In this document: in pieces, positions 20,209-29,481 of the stretch | Layout: each line of letters starts with the position of its first letter | Numbering within the stretch: the stretch's first letter is position 1 | NCBI GenBank assembly: GCA_037969035.1 | Contig: JBBKWU010000021.1 | Span: 43,178-107,177, forward strand | Source: Bdellovibrionales bacterium | Lineage (GTDB): Bacteria > Pseudomonadota > Alphaproteobacteria > Micavibrionales > Micavibrionaceae | Length of the DNA: 64,000 bases | Reading direction: 5' to 3' | The notes under the pieces: generated by a model | The model's input: only the letters and a program-made list of their open reading frames with translations | The model's database searches: none | What the model was told of the DNA's origin: nothing | Position numbers and translations under genes: made by a program

Positions 20209-22221
20209 ATGTCCGTAAAGTCCAAGAAAACAACAGCCACCAAAAATTCCGTAGCCAAAAAAACGCTACAGGACGAAGCACGTTTTGTTTTGAACGAAGA
20301 TGGAAAATTCATTTTCGCGACCAAAGGCTTTATGGCACTCGCCAATGTCAGTGAAGACTCTGTGATCGATGTTCCCTTTTCGCGCTTCATGGAATTTGAT
20401 GAGCCTGATGACGCGCTGCGCACGCAAGGCTTGTTCGGTAACGCTGGTGGCTTACCGTATTACAAAGCCTTAATCGAAGGCCGCCACAAAGTTACATTAT
20501 TCGGCCACGCAGAATCTGCTCACATCCATATTCAATTCGACAAAGTGACGCTGCCAGACGGGCGCCGTTTTATCATTGGCTCCGAAGTGCCAGAAAACAG
20601 CCGCAAGAAAATCAAACCACTGGCGCTCGAAAGCATTCTTGGCACAACACAAGCTGAACAGAAAGCCGCCGCCAAAAAATCAACGCAAGACAACAAAAAG
20701 ATCACCGACCAAACGGATGAGGCCGAACTGCGCCACTTCCTGAACATGTCCAACGACATGGTTGCCATTTCACACCGCGATAGCACCTTCTCACGCGTTA
20801 ACCCGTGCTGGAACGACACGCTTGGTTATGTTGATGAAGAACTGTGCAAAATGACTTTCATGGATATGGTGCATGTAGATGACCGCGCCCATGTCCGCAA
20901 TTGTATCGTCGGATTGATGCATGACGACAGCCAAGAAGAACACATCATCGATTTCGAAGCCCGCGTGCACGCCAAAGACGGCGCAACGCACTGCGTCGAA
21001 TGGCGTCAAAAGCGCGTCGGCGATGTGATCTTCACCGTGGGACGCGACGTCACCGCGACAAAAGCCCACGAAGAAGCCCTTAAAAAGCAAGAACAGCAAC
21101 TCGCCGAAGCCCAATCCATCGGTCATATGGGACATTGGCATTGGCAAGTCGGTGCTGAACAAATCGAATGGTCGGACGAGATTTACAATATTTTCGGCGT
21201 CCCAAAGAACGAGTTCAACCCGTCTTTTGATAACGTCAACGCCATGCTTTATAAGCGCGATTTAGGTCGTTTGATGCAGGCCTTCCAACGCGCCATCATC
21301 GAAAAAAACAACTACGAGATGGAATTCCAAATCACCCGCCCAAGCGGCGAAGCCCGTTACATCCTTTGCGAAGGCAAATGCGAAATGGATGACGAAGGCG
21401 ACGTCATCGCGTTGTTTGGCATTATGCACGACATCACAGAACGCAAAATTTATGAGCACGATTTGTACCGCGCCAAAGAATCCGCCGAACGCGCCTATGC
21501 ATCAAAATCACAATTCCTCGCCAATATGAGCCACGAACTACGGACACCATTAAACGCCATCATCGGTTTTTCCGAAATGATGCAGCGTCAGTTATTAGGC
21601 CCAATCGGCACCGAAAAATATCTGGATTACATCGGCGGCATCCGCGAAAGTGGCGAACATTTGCTCGACCTTATCAGTGATATTTTGGACATGTCCAAAA
21701 TCGAGGCTGGCAAGTATGAGCTAGACCTAGAGGAATTCAACCTGTCCAAAATCATTCATTTGGCGGTTCATATGATGGAAGGCCGCGCCCTTGATGCCCA
21801 AGTTAAAATCCACCAAGAACTCGGCAACCCTGAACGCATGATTATTGCGGATCGCCGCGCCTTTATGCAGATTTTACTGAACTTACTCTCAAACGCTGTA
21901 AAATTCACCGACCCGCAGGGCGAAGTCACCCTGACCGTGACTGAGCGTGAAGATTATATCTCGATCAAGGTCAAAGACACAGGCATCGGCATTCCCGCGA
22001 ACAAGCTTAAATGCATCACCAACCCGTTCGAGCAAGCCGCAAGCCATTACACGCGTGAGCACGAAGGCACAGGGCTAGGCCTTGCTATCACCAAAGATTT
22101 AATCGAACTCCACGGCGGCACCTTACACATCGAATCAGCCGTCGGTGTCGGCACAATCGTGTCTGTACGTCTCCCGTACGACACGCACAAAGAAACCAAA
22201 AAGCGTGCTTTGAAATCCTAA
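20209..22221 (+). CDS. PAS domain-containing sensor histidine kinase (no adjacent response regulator)
   Basis: Two PAS/PAC-like repeats are present. The HisKA H-box is SHELRTPLNAIIGFSE. The HATPase blocks are LLNLLSNAVKFT, DTGIGI and GTGLGLAI. The start is uncertain, lying between 20125 and 20209. Confidence 0.9.
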   Translation: MSVKSKKTTATKNSVAKKTLQDEARFVLNEDGKFIFATKGFMALANVSEDSVIDVPFSRFMEFDEPDDALRTQGLFGNAGGLPYYKALIEGRHKVTLFGHAESAHIHIQFDKVTLPDGRRFIIGSEVPENSRKKIKPLALESILGTTQAEQKAAAKKSTQDNKKITDQTDEAELRHFLNMSNDMVAISHRDSTFSRVNPCWNDTLGYVDEELCKMTFMDMVHVDDRAHVRNCIVGLMHDDSQEEHIIDFEARVHAKDGATHCVEWRQKRVGDVIFTVGRDVTATKAHEEALKKQEQQLAEAQSIGHMGHWHWQVGAEQIEWSDEIYNIFGVPKNEFNPSFDNVNAMLYKRDLGRLMQAFQRAIIEKNNYEMEFQITRPSGEARYILCEGKCEMDDEGDVIALFGIMHDITERKIYEHDLYRAKESAERAYASKSQFLANMSHELRTPLNAIIGFSEMMQRQLLGPIGTEKYLDYIGGIRESGEHLLDLISDILDMSKIEAGKYELDLEEFNLSKIIHLAVHMMEGRALDAQVKIHQELGNPERMIIADRRAFMQILLNLLSNAVKFTDPQGEVTLTVTEREDYISIKVKDTGIGIPANKLKCITNPFEQAASHYTREHEGTGLGLAITKDLIELHGGTLHIESAVGVGTIVSVRLPYDTHKETKKRALKS

Positions 22222-22231
22222 GATTTACTGA

Positions 22232-22819
22232 TTATTTGAGGCTCGGTGCGATATCTTTTTGGCGCATGCGGAGATGAATTTGATCTAAATTTGTCAAAAT
22301 TGGCGTAATTTCCGTGCCATCTTTCAACATAATCGGGTCATCTTCCCATGTTTTGCCAATTGGTGTGCTATATTCCATACGTTTACGCAAAGCGGCCAAG
22401 GCTGCTGTGTGGCGCTCATCCAATGTGATGACCATATCAGGCCAATCTGGTTGAAATTCATTAAACGACAAATCATACATAATGACGCTGCCGTCGGTGG
22501 TTTTTCCCCAATTCACATCGTCGAAATGTTTAATACGTTGGATAGCCCGACCATAGTGATCTTCAATGGCTTCGGGAACAAATCGTCCTTCGGCAATGAA
22601 TTTACGGGCAGCATCTTCCTCCGCTTTATTTACTAAATCGTGAAAAGCAACGTCCCCCATCCCCGCATAAAACATCCATTGCAAGCGCAGATTAGATGGT
22701 GGCTTGCCGTTCTTATCCAACATGGAATATAGCTGCGGTCGCATCGCACCTGGTTCGTGCTGCGCTTTAATCCGTGACAAAAGGGTTTGTTCGGCGGCGT
22801 AATCGTTGGCTGTATTCAT
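22232..22819 (-). CDS. hypothetical protein (195 aa, soluble)
   Basis: A clean ORF with no competing frame. I recognise no family. Confidence 0.5.
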   Translation of the reverse strand: MNTANDYAAEQTLLSRIKAQHEPGAMRPQLYSMLDKNGKPPSNLRLQWMFYAGMGDVAFHDLVNKAEEDAARKFIAEGRFVPEAIEDHYGRAIQRIKHFDDVNWGKTTDGSVIMYDLSFNEFQPDWPDMVITLDERHTAALAALRKRMEYSTPIGKTWEDDPIMLKDGTEITPILTNLDQIHLRMRQKDIAPSLK

Positions 22820-22895
22820 GGTCGCTCTCCATTATTCACAATGAAGATTACAGCAAGAGCCGTTATTCTGTAAAGGAATACTTATGAGAGAAAGC

Positions 22896-23855
22896 TTAAT
22901 CCTGTGCGGCCAAGGAGCCTGCGTTCCAGTGGGTGCGGAAGTTTTTCTGGGTTTGTTTTTCGTCTTCTAAACACGCGCGCAGGCCTGATTTGAAATCAGG
23001 GTGGAAGAGTTTTATGCCAAGCTCGCGCTTGATTTTCTCGTTGCTGGTACGTTTATTGTCGAGGTAAAAGCTCTGCGCGATGGGTGGTAAATTCGCATCT
23101 TCAAACATCACAACAGGCGGCGGTTCAATGCCGAGCAATTCACACGCATAGGTGATGACTTCGTGGCTGGGTGCGGCTTCATCGTCGCTGATGTTATAGA
23201 CAGCACCCGGATCAGGGTCGAGCATCGAGGCGAGCAAACATTGCGTGATATCATCAACATGAACGCGGCTAAAGACTTGGCCTTCCTTGACGATGCGGCG
23301 CGCAATCCCCGCACGTACAGTATCAAGCGCACTGCGCCCTGCGCCGTAAATCCCCGCAATGCGGAAGGTGTGGATTGGCAAGCCTCTGGTGCGGCCTAAT
23401 GTACGCCATTGTTCTTCGGCCTTGGCACGTCGTGAGCCGCGTTGCGATGTGGGGCGCACTTCGGATAGTTCATCCACCAGTTCGCCATCACGGTTGCCGT
23501 ACACAGCCGTAGAGGACAAATACCCGACCCATTTCAGGTTAGGTGCTTCCAAAATATCTTCGACATGCATTAAATATGTGGGATCGCCATTATCATTCGG
23601 CGGCGTGGAAATCAGAATATGGGTGACGTCTTTAAGGAAATGGTGCGGATCAACAAGTGGTTTTTCGTAGTCGAATAAGAAGGCCTTAATCCCTTGTTCT
23701 TTCATCATGGCACGTTTGTTTTTATCGCGCGTTGTGCCTGCGATGCGCCAATCGCCGCGCTTTTGCAGCTCATGCCCTAAATAGTCACAGCAATAGCCAT
23801 AACCAAAGCAAAATAGTGAATTTTTATGATCTGAATTAGATTCCAACGCCGTCAC
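22896..23855 (-). CDS. SDR-type NAD(P)-dependent epimerase/dehydratase family protein
   Basis: 319 aa. It has an N-terminal Rossmann-like region LFCFGYGYC, then YLSSTAVYG and the extended-SDR-like block FRIAGIYGAGR. Confidence 0.75.
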   Translation of the reverse strand: MTALESNSDHKNSLFCFGYGYCCDYLGHELQKRGDWRIAGTTRDKNKRAMMKEQGIKAFLFDYEKPLVDPHHFLKDVTHILISTPPNDNGDPTYLMHVEDILEAPNLKWVGYLSSTAVYGNRDGELVDELSEVRPTSQRGSRRAKAEEQWRTLGRTRGLPIHTFRIAGIYGAGRSALDTVRAGIARRIVKEGQVFSRVHVDDITQCLLASMLDPDPGAVYNISDDEAAPSHEVITYACELLGIEPPPVVMFEDANLPPIAQSFYLDNKRTSNEKIKRELGIKLFHPDFKSGLRACLEDEKQTQKNFRTHWNAGSLAAQD

Positions 23856-23890
23856 ACCCTTTAATTTATATCTTGATTACGCACGTCCGT

Positions 23891-24559
23891 CTAAAAATCG
23901 ACGTCCTCGTAATGTTGAACAGGGGTGAAGCCCGGTATGCGGTCATCCAAAAGCGGCTGGAAGCTCGGGCGGGATTTAACGCGGGCGTACCAATCACGCG
24001 CGGCTTGGTGTTCGTCCCATGGCACGTCACCGATATAATCAATCGCGGATAAATGCGCCGCAGCAGCAATATCAGCCAGCGAGAAATGATCGCCCGCAAG
24101 CCATTTACGTTTTTCGGTCAGAAAGCCGATATAATCAAGATGGTAATGAATATTGGCGTGCCCTGCGCGAATTGATGGGCCGTGCGGCTCACCAAGCTTT
24201 AGGAAACGCTTCATCAATTTTTCACCTACAAGGTTATCAGTCACCTCGCGGTTGAATTTCACATCAAACCAGCTCACCAAACGGCGTGTTTCGGCGCGTT
24301 GCACAGGATCAACACCGAGCAAATTAACCTCGGGGTACACCTCGTCCAGATATTCGCAGATAACTTGGGAATTCGCCAACGTCGTGCCATCAGGCTCAAT
24401 CAGAACAGGGACATCGCCAGCCGGATTTAACGCCAAAAACTCAGTCCGACGTTCCCATATTTTTTCAATTTTAAGGTCAAAATCCAGTTTCTTCTCCGAA
24501 AGGGTCACACGAACCTTACGGGAAAACGGATGTAGCCATAAATGGAATAATGTTCTCAT
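23891..24559 (-). CDS. glutathione S-transferase family protein
   Basis: 222 aa. The N-terminal thioredoxin-like GST domain has LWLHPFSRKVRV...VPVL. The C-terminal helical domain has LAGDHFSLADIAAA. Confidence 0.88.
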   Translation of the reverse strand: MRTLFHLWLHPFSRKVRVTLSEKKLDFDLKIEKIWERRTEFLALNPAGDVPVLIEPDGTTLANSQVICEYLDEVYPEVNLLGVDPVQRAETRRLVSWFDVKFNREVTDNLVGEKLMKRFLKLGEPHGPSIRAGHANIHYHLDYIGFLTEKRKWLAGDHFSLADIAAAAHLSAIDYIGDVPWDEHQAARDWYARVKSRPSFQPLLDDRIPGFTPVQHYEDVDF

Positions 24560-24661
24560 AACTTGACTCTACCTCAGACCGAACAAAAAAACACCCCTAA
24601 TTCTGCATATATTAGGTTTACGTGTTGTACGTATCAGCACACCCCCCATGGGCACCACTTC

Positions 24662-25891
24662 TTATTCCTCTTGCGCCTTCACGGAAACGCTTATTGTGAC
24701 TTCGTTTCCGACGGTTTCTGTATCCGCCCATTGCCCCGTACCGAGACTATACTCAAGACGGCGTATGGTCACGCTTCCCGTCATATTCGCAACATTATTA
24801 CCTTGGTCATCAGGTTCTATCACCAGCATGAACGGCAGATCAACAGGCAGCGACACATCTTTTATGCGCAACTCACCATGTGCAACATATTGATTTCCTT
24901 CATTTTTTTCGAATTTCGTTGCTGTAAAGACCGATTCCGGAAAAGATTCGGCATCAAACCACGCAGGAGCCACAATATATTCATCACGTTCGCTGCTACC
25001 GCTCTTTACGCTTGCGATTTCCACGCTGATTTCAACATGGCTTGCCGCCAGATTCTCAGGGTCAAACGCAATTATGCCGCCGAAACGCTCAAACGTGCCT
25101 TCGAAGGCGGTGCCCTCTACAGTTGCGTCGAAATTGATATAGCTTTGATCGGGAATGATCACCCATGACGGCACGATCTCTGCTTGTTGGTTATCTTCTT
25201 CAACGACCTGCGCAAGGGGCAATGGAGCGACGACCACGTCTTGTTGAATCGTAGGGGCGGTATCATCTTGCACCGCACCGTTTTTATAGCTATTGAGCGC
25301 AATTAACGCGCCGAAAATCACGAGCAACCCCACAAAAAGCACAATCGGGCGATCAGGCCACATGCGTTTAATCGTGGTATCTTTATCAATCATCAAATGC
25401 TTGAGCGCGCCCGCCACATGCAGCCCAATAATCCCCATCAGGCCATAGCTGGAAAATTCATGTACATTGCGCATCAATTTGAATACAGCTTCGTCCTTAC
25501 CCATAAGGGGCGGAACATTAAACAACCCGAAAAACGGGTGCGGAAATGCGGCGGCTGAGGTCATGAGCCACCCCGAAAGCGGCATCACAAAGATAAACAC
25601 GTACAGCAAAATATGAGTGATATGCGCCAGTGTAATTTCCCATTTTTTATGCGTGGGAAGGGCTTGTGGCTTTTTATTAGAGAAACGCCAAAGAACCCGC
25701 AGCACCGCAAGTAAAAACACAAGCGAGCCGAATGATTTATGAATGCCGTATAGTTGAAGCTTGAACGGGCTAAAGTCCAGATCGCTCATATAAAGCCCCA
25801 GAGCCAGCATCCCGAGAATAATAAAAGCCATCGCCCAATGAAATAATTTGGCAATGGCTCCGTATTTAGTTTGCGTGTTTTTAAGCTGCAA
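24662..25891 (-). CDS. fusion protein: cytochrome b561 (CybB/YceJ-like, 4 TM) plus C-terminal YceI-like domain
   Basis: The N-terminal ~190 aa have the His-bearing helices KLFHWAMAF, HKSFG, HILLYVFIFVMPLSGW and LHVAGALKH. After a linker comes a YceI-type beta-barrel block (YINFDATVEGTAFEGTF...HGELRIKDVS...). Confidence 0.8.
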   Translation of the reverse strand: MQLKNTQTKYGAIAKLFHWAMAFIILGMLALGLYMSDLDFSPFKLQLYGIHKSFGSLVFLLAVLRVLWRFSNKKPQALPTHKKWEITLAHITHILLYVFIFVMPLSGWLMTSAAAFPHPFFGLFNVPPLMGKDEAVFKLMRNVHEFSSYGLMGIIGLHVAGALKHLMIDKDTTIKRMWPDRPIVLFVGLLVIFGALIALNSYKNGAVQDDTAPTIQQDVVVAPLPLAQVVEEDNQQAEIVPSWVIIPDQSYINFDATVEGTAFEGTFERFGGIIAFDPENLAASHVEISVEIASVKSGSSERDEYIVAPAWFDAESFPESVFTATKFEKNEGNQYVAHGELRIKDVSLPVDLPFMLVIEPDDQGNNVANMTGSVTIRRLEYSLGTGQWADTETVGNEVTISVSVKAQEE

Positions 25892-25918
25892 CTCTATGGC
25901 TCTCTAATCTATCGCTCT

Positions 25919-26524
25919 CTATTTTTTCTCGATGCTTTCGCCTTTTTCAACGGCGTTGCCTTCGACTTCGATGCGCAATGTTACATCATCGCCAACAGCA
26001 GGAAGGCCATAATCCATGCCAAAATCAGAGCGTTTAATCACGCCCGTCACAGAAAAACCAGCAACCATTTTGCCGCTATACGGGTGAAAGTCAGATTTAT
26101 TGTGCGTCACGTTCAAAACAACAGGTTTGGTTACACCAAGCAATGTCAGATCGCCTGTGACTTTGGCGGTATCTTCGCCTGTTAGCTCAACATTGGTGCT
26201 TTTGAATGTCATGGTCGGGAATTCTTCAACGTTGAAAAAATCAGCGTTTTTCAAATGCGCATCCCATTTTTCATCGTCCATGTTAATGCTGGCCGTTTGA
26301 ATTGTGACATCCACGTTTGATTTTGACGGATCTTCGCGATCAATCACAAACGCGCCATCGAAATCCAAAAATTTTCCTGATGAGTTCGAGAACCCCAAAT
26401 GGTTCACAAAGAACAGAATTTGCGTATGCGCCTTATCAAACCCATATGTCTCTGTTTCTGTGTTGGCTTTGGCGGGTGCTGCGATTAAAAGCACGGCAAA
26501 AAAGGATAGTAAGAAACGTTTCAT
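25919..26524 (-). CDS. secreted YceI family (polyisoprenoid-binding) protein
   Basis: Signal peptide ...APAKA. Motifs: YGFDKAHTQILFFVNHLGFSNSSGKF and GDLTLLGVTKPVVL. Confidence 0.9.
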   Translation of the reverse strand: MKRFLLSFFAVLLIAAPAKANTETETYGFDKAHTQILFFVNHLGFSNSSGKFLDFDGAFVIDREDPSKSNVDVTIQTASINMDDEKWDAHLKNADFFNVEEFPTMTFKSTNVELTGEDTAKVTGDLTLLGVTKPVVLNVTHNKSDFHPYSGKMVAGFSVTGVIKRSDFGMDYGLPAVGDDVTLRIEVEGNAVEKGESIEKK

Positions 26525-26584
26525 TGAAAATTCTCCTGATAAAATTAAAACACCACAGATAAGATAGCCCCTTTACGGCAGCAA

Positions 26585-26794
26585 TCAATAGAAGAATTCC
26601 GTGAGAACATACATCGCGCTATACGCGCCAATAATGGCGGTAACCCAAGGGATTAAACCGAATTTCCACTTAAGCCCTTTATCTTGCAGCAAGTCTTTAT
26701 TGCTTTTATTTTTCAAGAAAAGTTGGATCAGGAAAAGTCCCAATGCAAAACCGCCGATAAATCCGATAATACTGATGACATAGACCATAGACAT
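26585..26794 (-). CDS. small membrane protein (69 aa, 2 TM)
   Basis: A short ORF with two clear hydrophobic helices. The family is unknown. Confidence 0.45.
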   Translation of the reverse strand: MSMVYVISIIGFIGGFALGLFLIQLFLKNKSNKDLLQDKGLKWKFGLIPWVTAIIGAYSAMYVLTEFFY

Positions 26795-26839
26795 GCTATT
26801 TTGTTTTAAAGTTTCACAACAAATACAGATTGTATCTTA

Positions 26840-27646
26840 ATGCCGTTTTTCCATCTTGTCATCCTTGCTCTTGTCCAAGGCATCACAGAATTTCTCCCCA
26901 TTAGCTCCAGCGGGCATCTGGTGCTAACGCATCATTTAATGGGTCAAAGCACAGGATGGGATCAAGATTTAACGATGGATATTGCCGTTCATATCGGCAC
27001 GTTACTCGCGGTTTTACTTTATTTTCGCAAAGATGTGTGCGGCATGATCTGCGGCATATCGAAAAACACCACAAGCATAAAAAACAGCATGGCATTTTAT
27101 ATCGTGGTGGCCTCTATCCCTGTCATTATCGCAGGATTTTTATTACATTTGTTACAGCCGAGCTTTGTTCGTTCCATTGAGGTCATGGCGTGGTGCACGC
27201 TGATCTTCGGTATCGTTTTATGGGTTGCTGACCGTTTCAAGCCACAAGAAAAAACATTGGATGAGATGAGCTGGAAACATGCTTTGTATATTGGCCTCGC
27301 GCAAATCCTCGCGCTTATCCCTGGCACCAGCCGTTCTGGCATCACCATGACCGCCGCGCGGTGGTTTGGGTACACACGTACAGAAGCCGCGCGCTTTTCA
27401 TTATTCCTTGCCATTGTCGCGATTAGTGGCGCGGGCGTTTTAGGGGGAATTGATGTTTTAAAATCGGAAAATACGCAGATCGGATTTGATATTTTAATCG
27501 CCATTGCGCTGTCATTTTTATCCGCCCTTGCTGCTATTCACGTGCTGTTAAAATGGCTTGAGAAATCGAGCTTCACCCCGTTTGCTATTTACCGCGTTAT
27601 ATTGGGTGTTGTTTTACTGTTTCTTGTTTATTCAGGGCAAATTTAG
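26840..27646 (+). CDS. uppP: undecaprenyl-diphosphate phosphatase
   Basis: 268 aa. BacA/UppP blocks: LVQGITEFLPISSSGHL and PGTSRSGITMTA. Confidence 0.95.
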   Translation: MPFFHLVILALVQGITEFLPISSSGHLVLTHHLMGQSTGWDQDLTMDIAVHIGTLLAVLLYFRKDVCGMICGISKNTTSIKNSMAFYIVVASIPVIIAGFLLHLLQPSFVRSIEVMAWCTLIFGIVLWVADRFKPQEKTLDEMSWKHALYIGLAQILALIPGTSRSGITMTAARWFGYTRTEAARFSLFLAIVAISGAGVLGGIDVLKSENTQIGFDILIAIALSFLSALAAIHVLLKWLEKSSFTPFAIYRVILGVVLLFLVYSGQI

Positions 27647-27682
27647 ATTAATTCAAAAATTCCAGAACAATGGATTTATACA

Positions 27683-28234
27683 TTATTTATAACGCATAAT
27701 AATGATACGAATATCACCATAAGTGCGGTCATCGCGCGGTTCAAAACCCGCAGGAGAATCAAGCGTCGCTCCCTTTTCACACTCCAAAACACAGAGCGCC
27801 CCATCGGCCAACCAGCCTTTTTCAGACAAAGTTTTCATCGCAATGGGCAATAAATTTTGGCGATAAGGCGGATCAAGAAAAAGTAGGTCTGCGGCATCAA
27901 GATGCAATGGCTTTTCACCAAGGCGCGTGACATCGTTATTCAATGTTGTTGTTTTATCCGTCAGGCCAAGCACGTCAATATTCGCGCGGCAAAACTGCAT
28001 CGATTCGCGCCCCTTATCGATAAACACCGCACCGCGTGCAAAACGCGATAAGGCCTCAAGCCCCAATGATCCCGTACCGCAAAAACCATCAAGCACGAAC
28101 GGCTCATCGGCCATCTCATACCCATTAATGATATTAAAAACTGCCTGCCGTACTTTATCTGTCGTCGGGCGAACATCTTTGCCATCGGGCACTTTAATCA
28201 CGCGACCGCGAAATTCACCGCCTGTTATTCTCAT
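27683..28234 (-). CDS. rsmD: 16S rRNA (guanine966-N2)-methyltransferase
   Basis: 183 aa. Motifs: MRITGGEFRGR, LDGFCGTGSLGLEALSR and FLDPPY (the DPPY motif). Confidence 0.92.
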   Translation of the reverse strand: MRITGGEFRGRVIKVPDGKDVRPTTDKVRQAVFNIINGYEMADEPFVLDGFCGTGSLGLEALSRFARGAVFIDKGRESMQFCRANIDVLGLTDKTTTLNNDVTRLGEKPLHLDAADLLFLDPPYRQNLLPIAMKTLSEKGWLADGALCVLECEKGATLDSPAGFEPRDDRTYGDIRIIIMRYK

Positions 28235-28998
28235 GTGCGGAAACCTTTTATGTTCATGTGTAACGCTTGCTCAGGCACTTCTATGACTTCGCCAACATTG
28301 AGATTATCCAACTGGAACGGCCCGTAAGAAATGCGGATCAAACGGTTTACCTTAAGCCCAAGGGCTTCCATGACGTTACGGATTTCGCGGTTTTTACCTT
28401 CTGTCAGCGTCATCGACAGCCACGCATTGCCGCCTTGTTGCTGCTCCAACACGGCATCAATTGAGCCATAACGTACACCATCAACCTCAATACCATTCTT
28501 AAGGCTATCAAGCCTGCCTTGCGTGACAGAGCCATAGGCGCGCACACGGTAACAACGTTTCCACCCCGTTGCCGGAAGCTCCAAATAACGTGATAACTCC
28601 CCATCATTGGTCAGGAGTAACAATCCTTCGGTATTCAAATCAAGCCGTCCGACACTAATCACGCGCGGTAAATTTTTAGGCAGGCGATCAAATACCGTAT
28701 CGCGCCCCATTTCATCACTGGCCGAGGTCACAAGCCCCGCAGGCTTATGATAAAGGAACAAACGCGTATTTTCTTTTTGCGGCAACGGCTTGCCATCGAC
28801 CACGATTTTGTCTTGCGGTGTGACCACACACGCAGGGCTATCAAGCGTTTCACCATTGACGCTCACACGGCCATCAGTAATCCAACGTTCCGCATCACGG
28901 CGCGAACAAAGCCCTGCACGCGCCATGACCTTGGCAATGCGCTCACCTTTTACGATGTTGCTGCTTTGATTATTCTGGTCTTTTTCGTCTTTTTTCAT
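28231..28998 (-). CDS. rluB: RluB/RsuA-family pseudouridine synthase (S4 domain plus catalytic domain)
   Basis: Motifs: RIAKVMARAGLCSRRDAERWI (S4 domain), VGRLDLNTEGLLLLTNDG (catalytic Asp) and KNREIR. I chose the ATG at 28998. The track's 316-aa form adds a Cys-rich, non-homologous-looking N-terminus. Confidence 0.9.
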   Translation of the reverse strand: MKKDEKDQNNQSSNIVKGERIAKVMARAGLCSRRDAERWITDGRVSVNGETLDSPACVVTPQDKIVVDGKPLPQKENTRLFLYHKPAGLVTSASDEMGRDTVFDRLPKNLPRVISVGRLDLNTEGLLLLTNDGELSRYLELPATGWKRCYRVRAYGSVTQGRLDSLKNGIEVDGVRYGSIDAVLEQQQGGNAWLSMTLTEGKNREIRNVMEALGLKVNRLIRISYGPFQLDNLNVGEVIEVPEQALHMNIKGFRT

Positions 28999-29010
28999 TA
29001 CATAGTCCTT

Positions 29011-29478
29011 ATGAACACTGACAAAGACTATACATACATGCGTGCCGCACTGGAAGAGGCAGAAAAAGCAAAAATGCAGGACGAAGTTCCGATTGGTGCT
29101 GTTTTGGTTGATATCGAGAGCGGTGACATTGCCGCACGCGCAGGAAATGCAACGATCACAAACGCAGATCCGACCGCGCACGCCGAAATCTTAGCCATTC
29201 GCGCGGTGTGCGATAAAGAACAATCACAACGTATTCCACGCTATGACCTGTATGTCACGCTTGAGCCTTGCACAATGTGCGCGGCCGCGATTAGCTTTGC
29301 CCGTATTCGCCGCATTGTGTTTGGGGCACCTGACGCAAAGGGCGGTGGCGTTGCGCATGGCAGCAGGTTTTATAACCAACCCACATGCCACCATAAACCA
29401 GATGTCACAGGAGGCATCATGGAAGAAGAATGCGCGCAGATATTAAAAGATTTTTTCAAATCCAAGCGTGAGAAATAA
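29011..29478 (+). CDS. tadA: tRNA adenosine(34) deaminase
   Basis: Motifs: EVPIGAVLV, PTAHAEILAIR and TLEPCTMCAAAI (the CDA zinc motif HAE...PCxxC). The start is ATG 29011 or 29038. The longer track ORF from 28747 is antisense overlap with rluB. Confidence 0.93.
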   Translation: MNTDKDYTYMRAALEEAEKAKMQDEVPIGAVLVDIESGDIAARAGNATITNADPTAHAEILAIRAVCDKEQSQRIPRYDLYVTLEPCTMCAAAISFARIRRIVFGAPDAKGGGVAHGSRFYNQPTCHHKPDVTGGIMEEECAQILKDFFKSKREK

Positions 29479-29481
29479 ACC

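Noticed and set aside
24563-25168. 201-aa plus-strand ORF overlapping the cytochrome b561-YceI gene
   Set aside because: It is antisense to a gene with clear domain motifs. Its translation has no recognisable features and runs across the GST / b561 intergenic region.
28999-29181. 61-aa Cys-rich N-terminal extension of the pseudouridine synthase ORF
   Set aside because: The extension overlaps the tadA coding region on the opposite strand and precedes the S4 domain with non-homologous-looking sequence. I preferred the internal ATG at 28998 (MKKDEK...).
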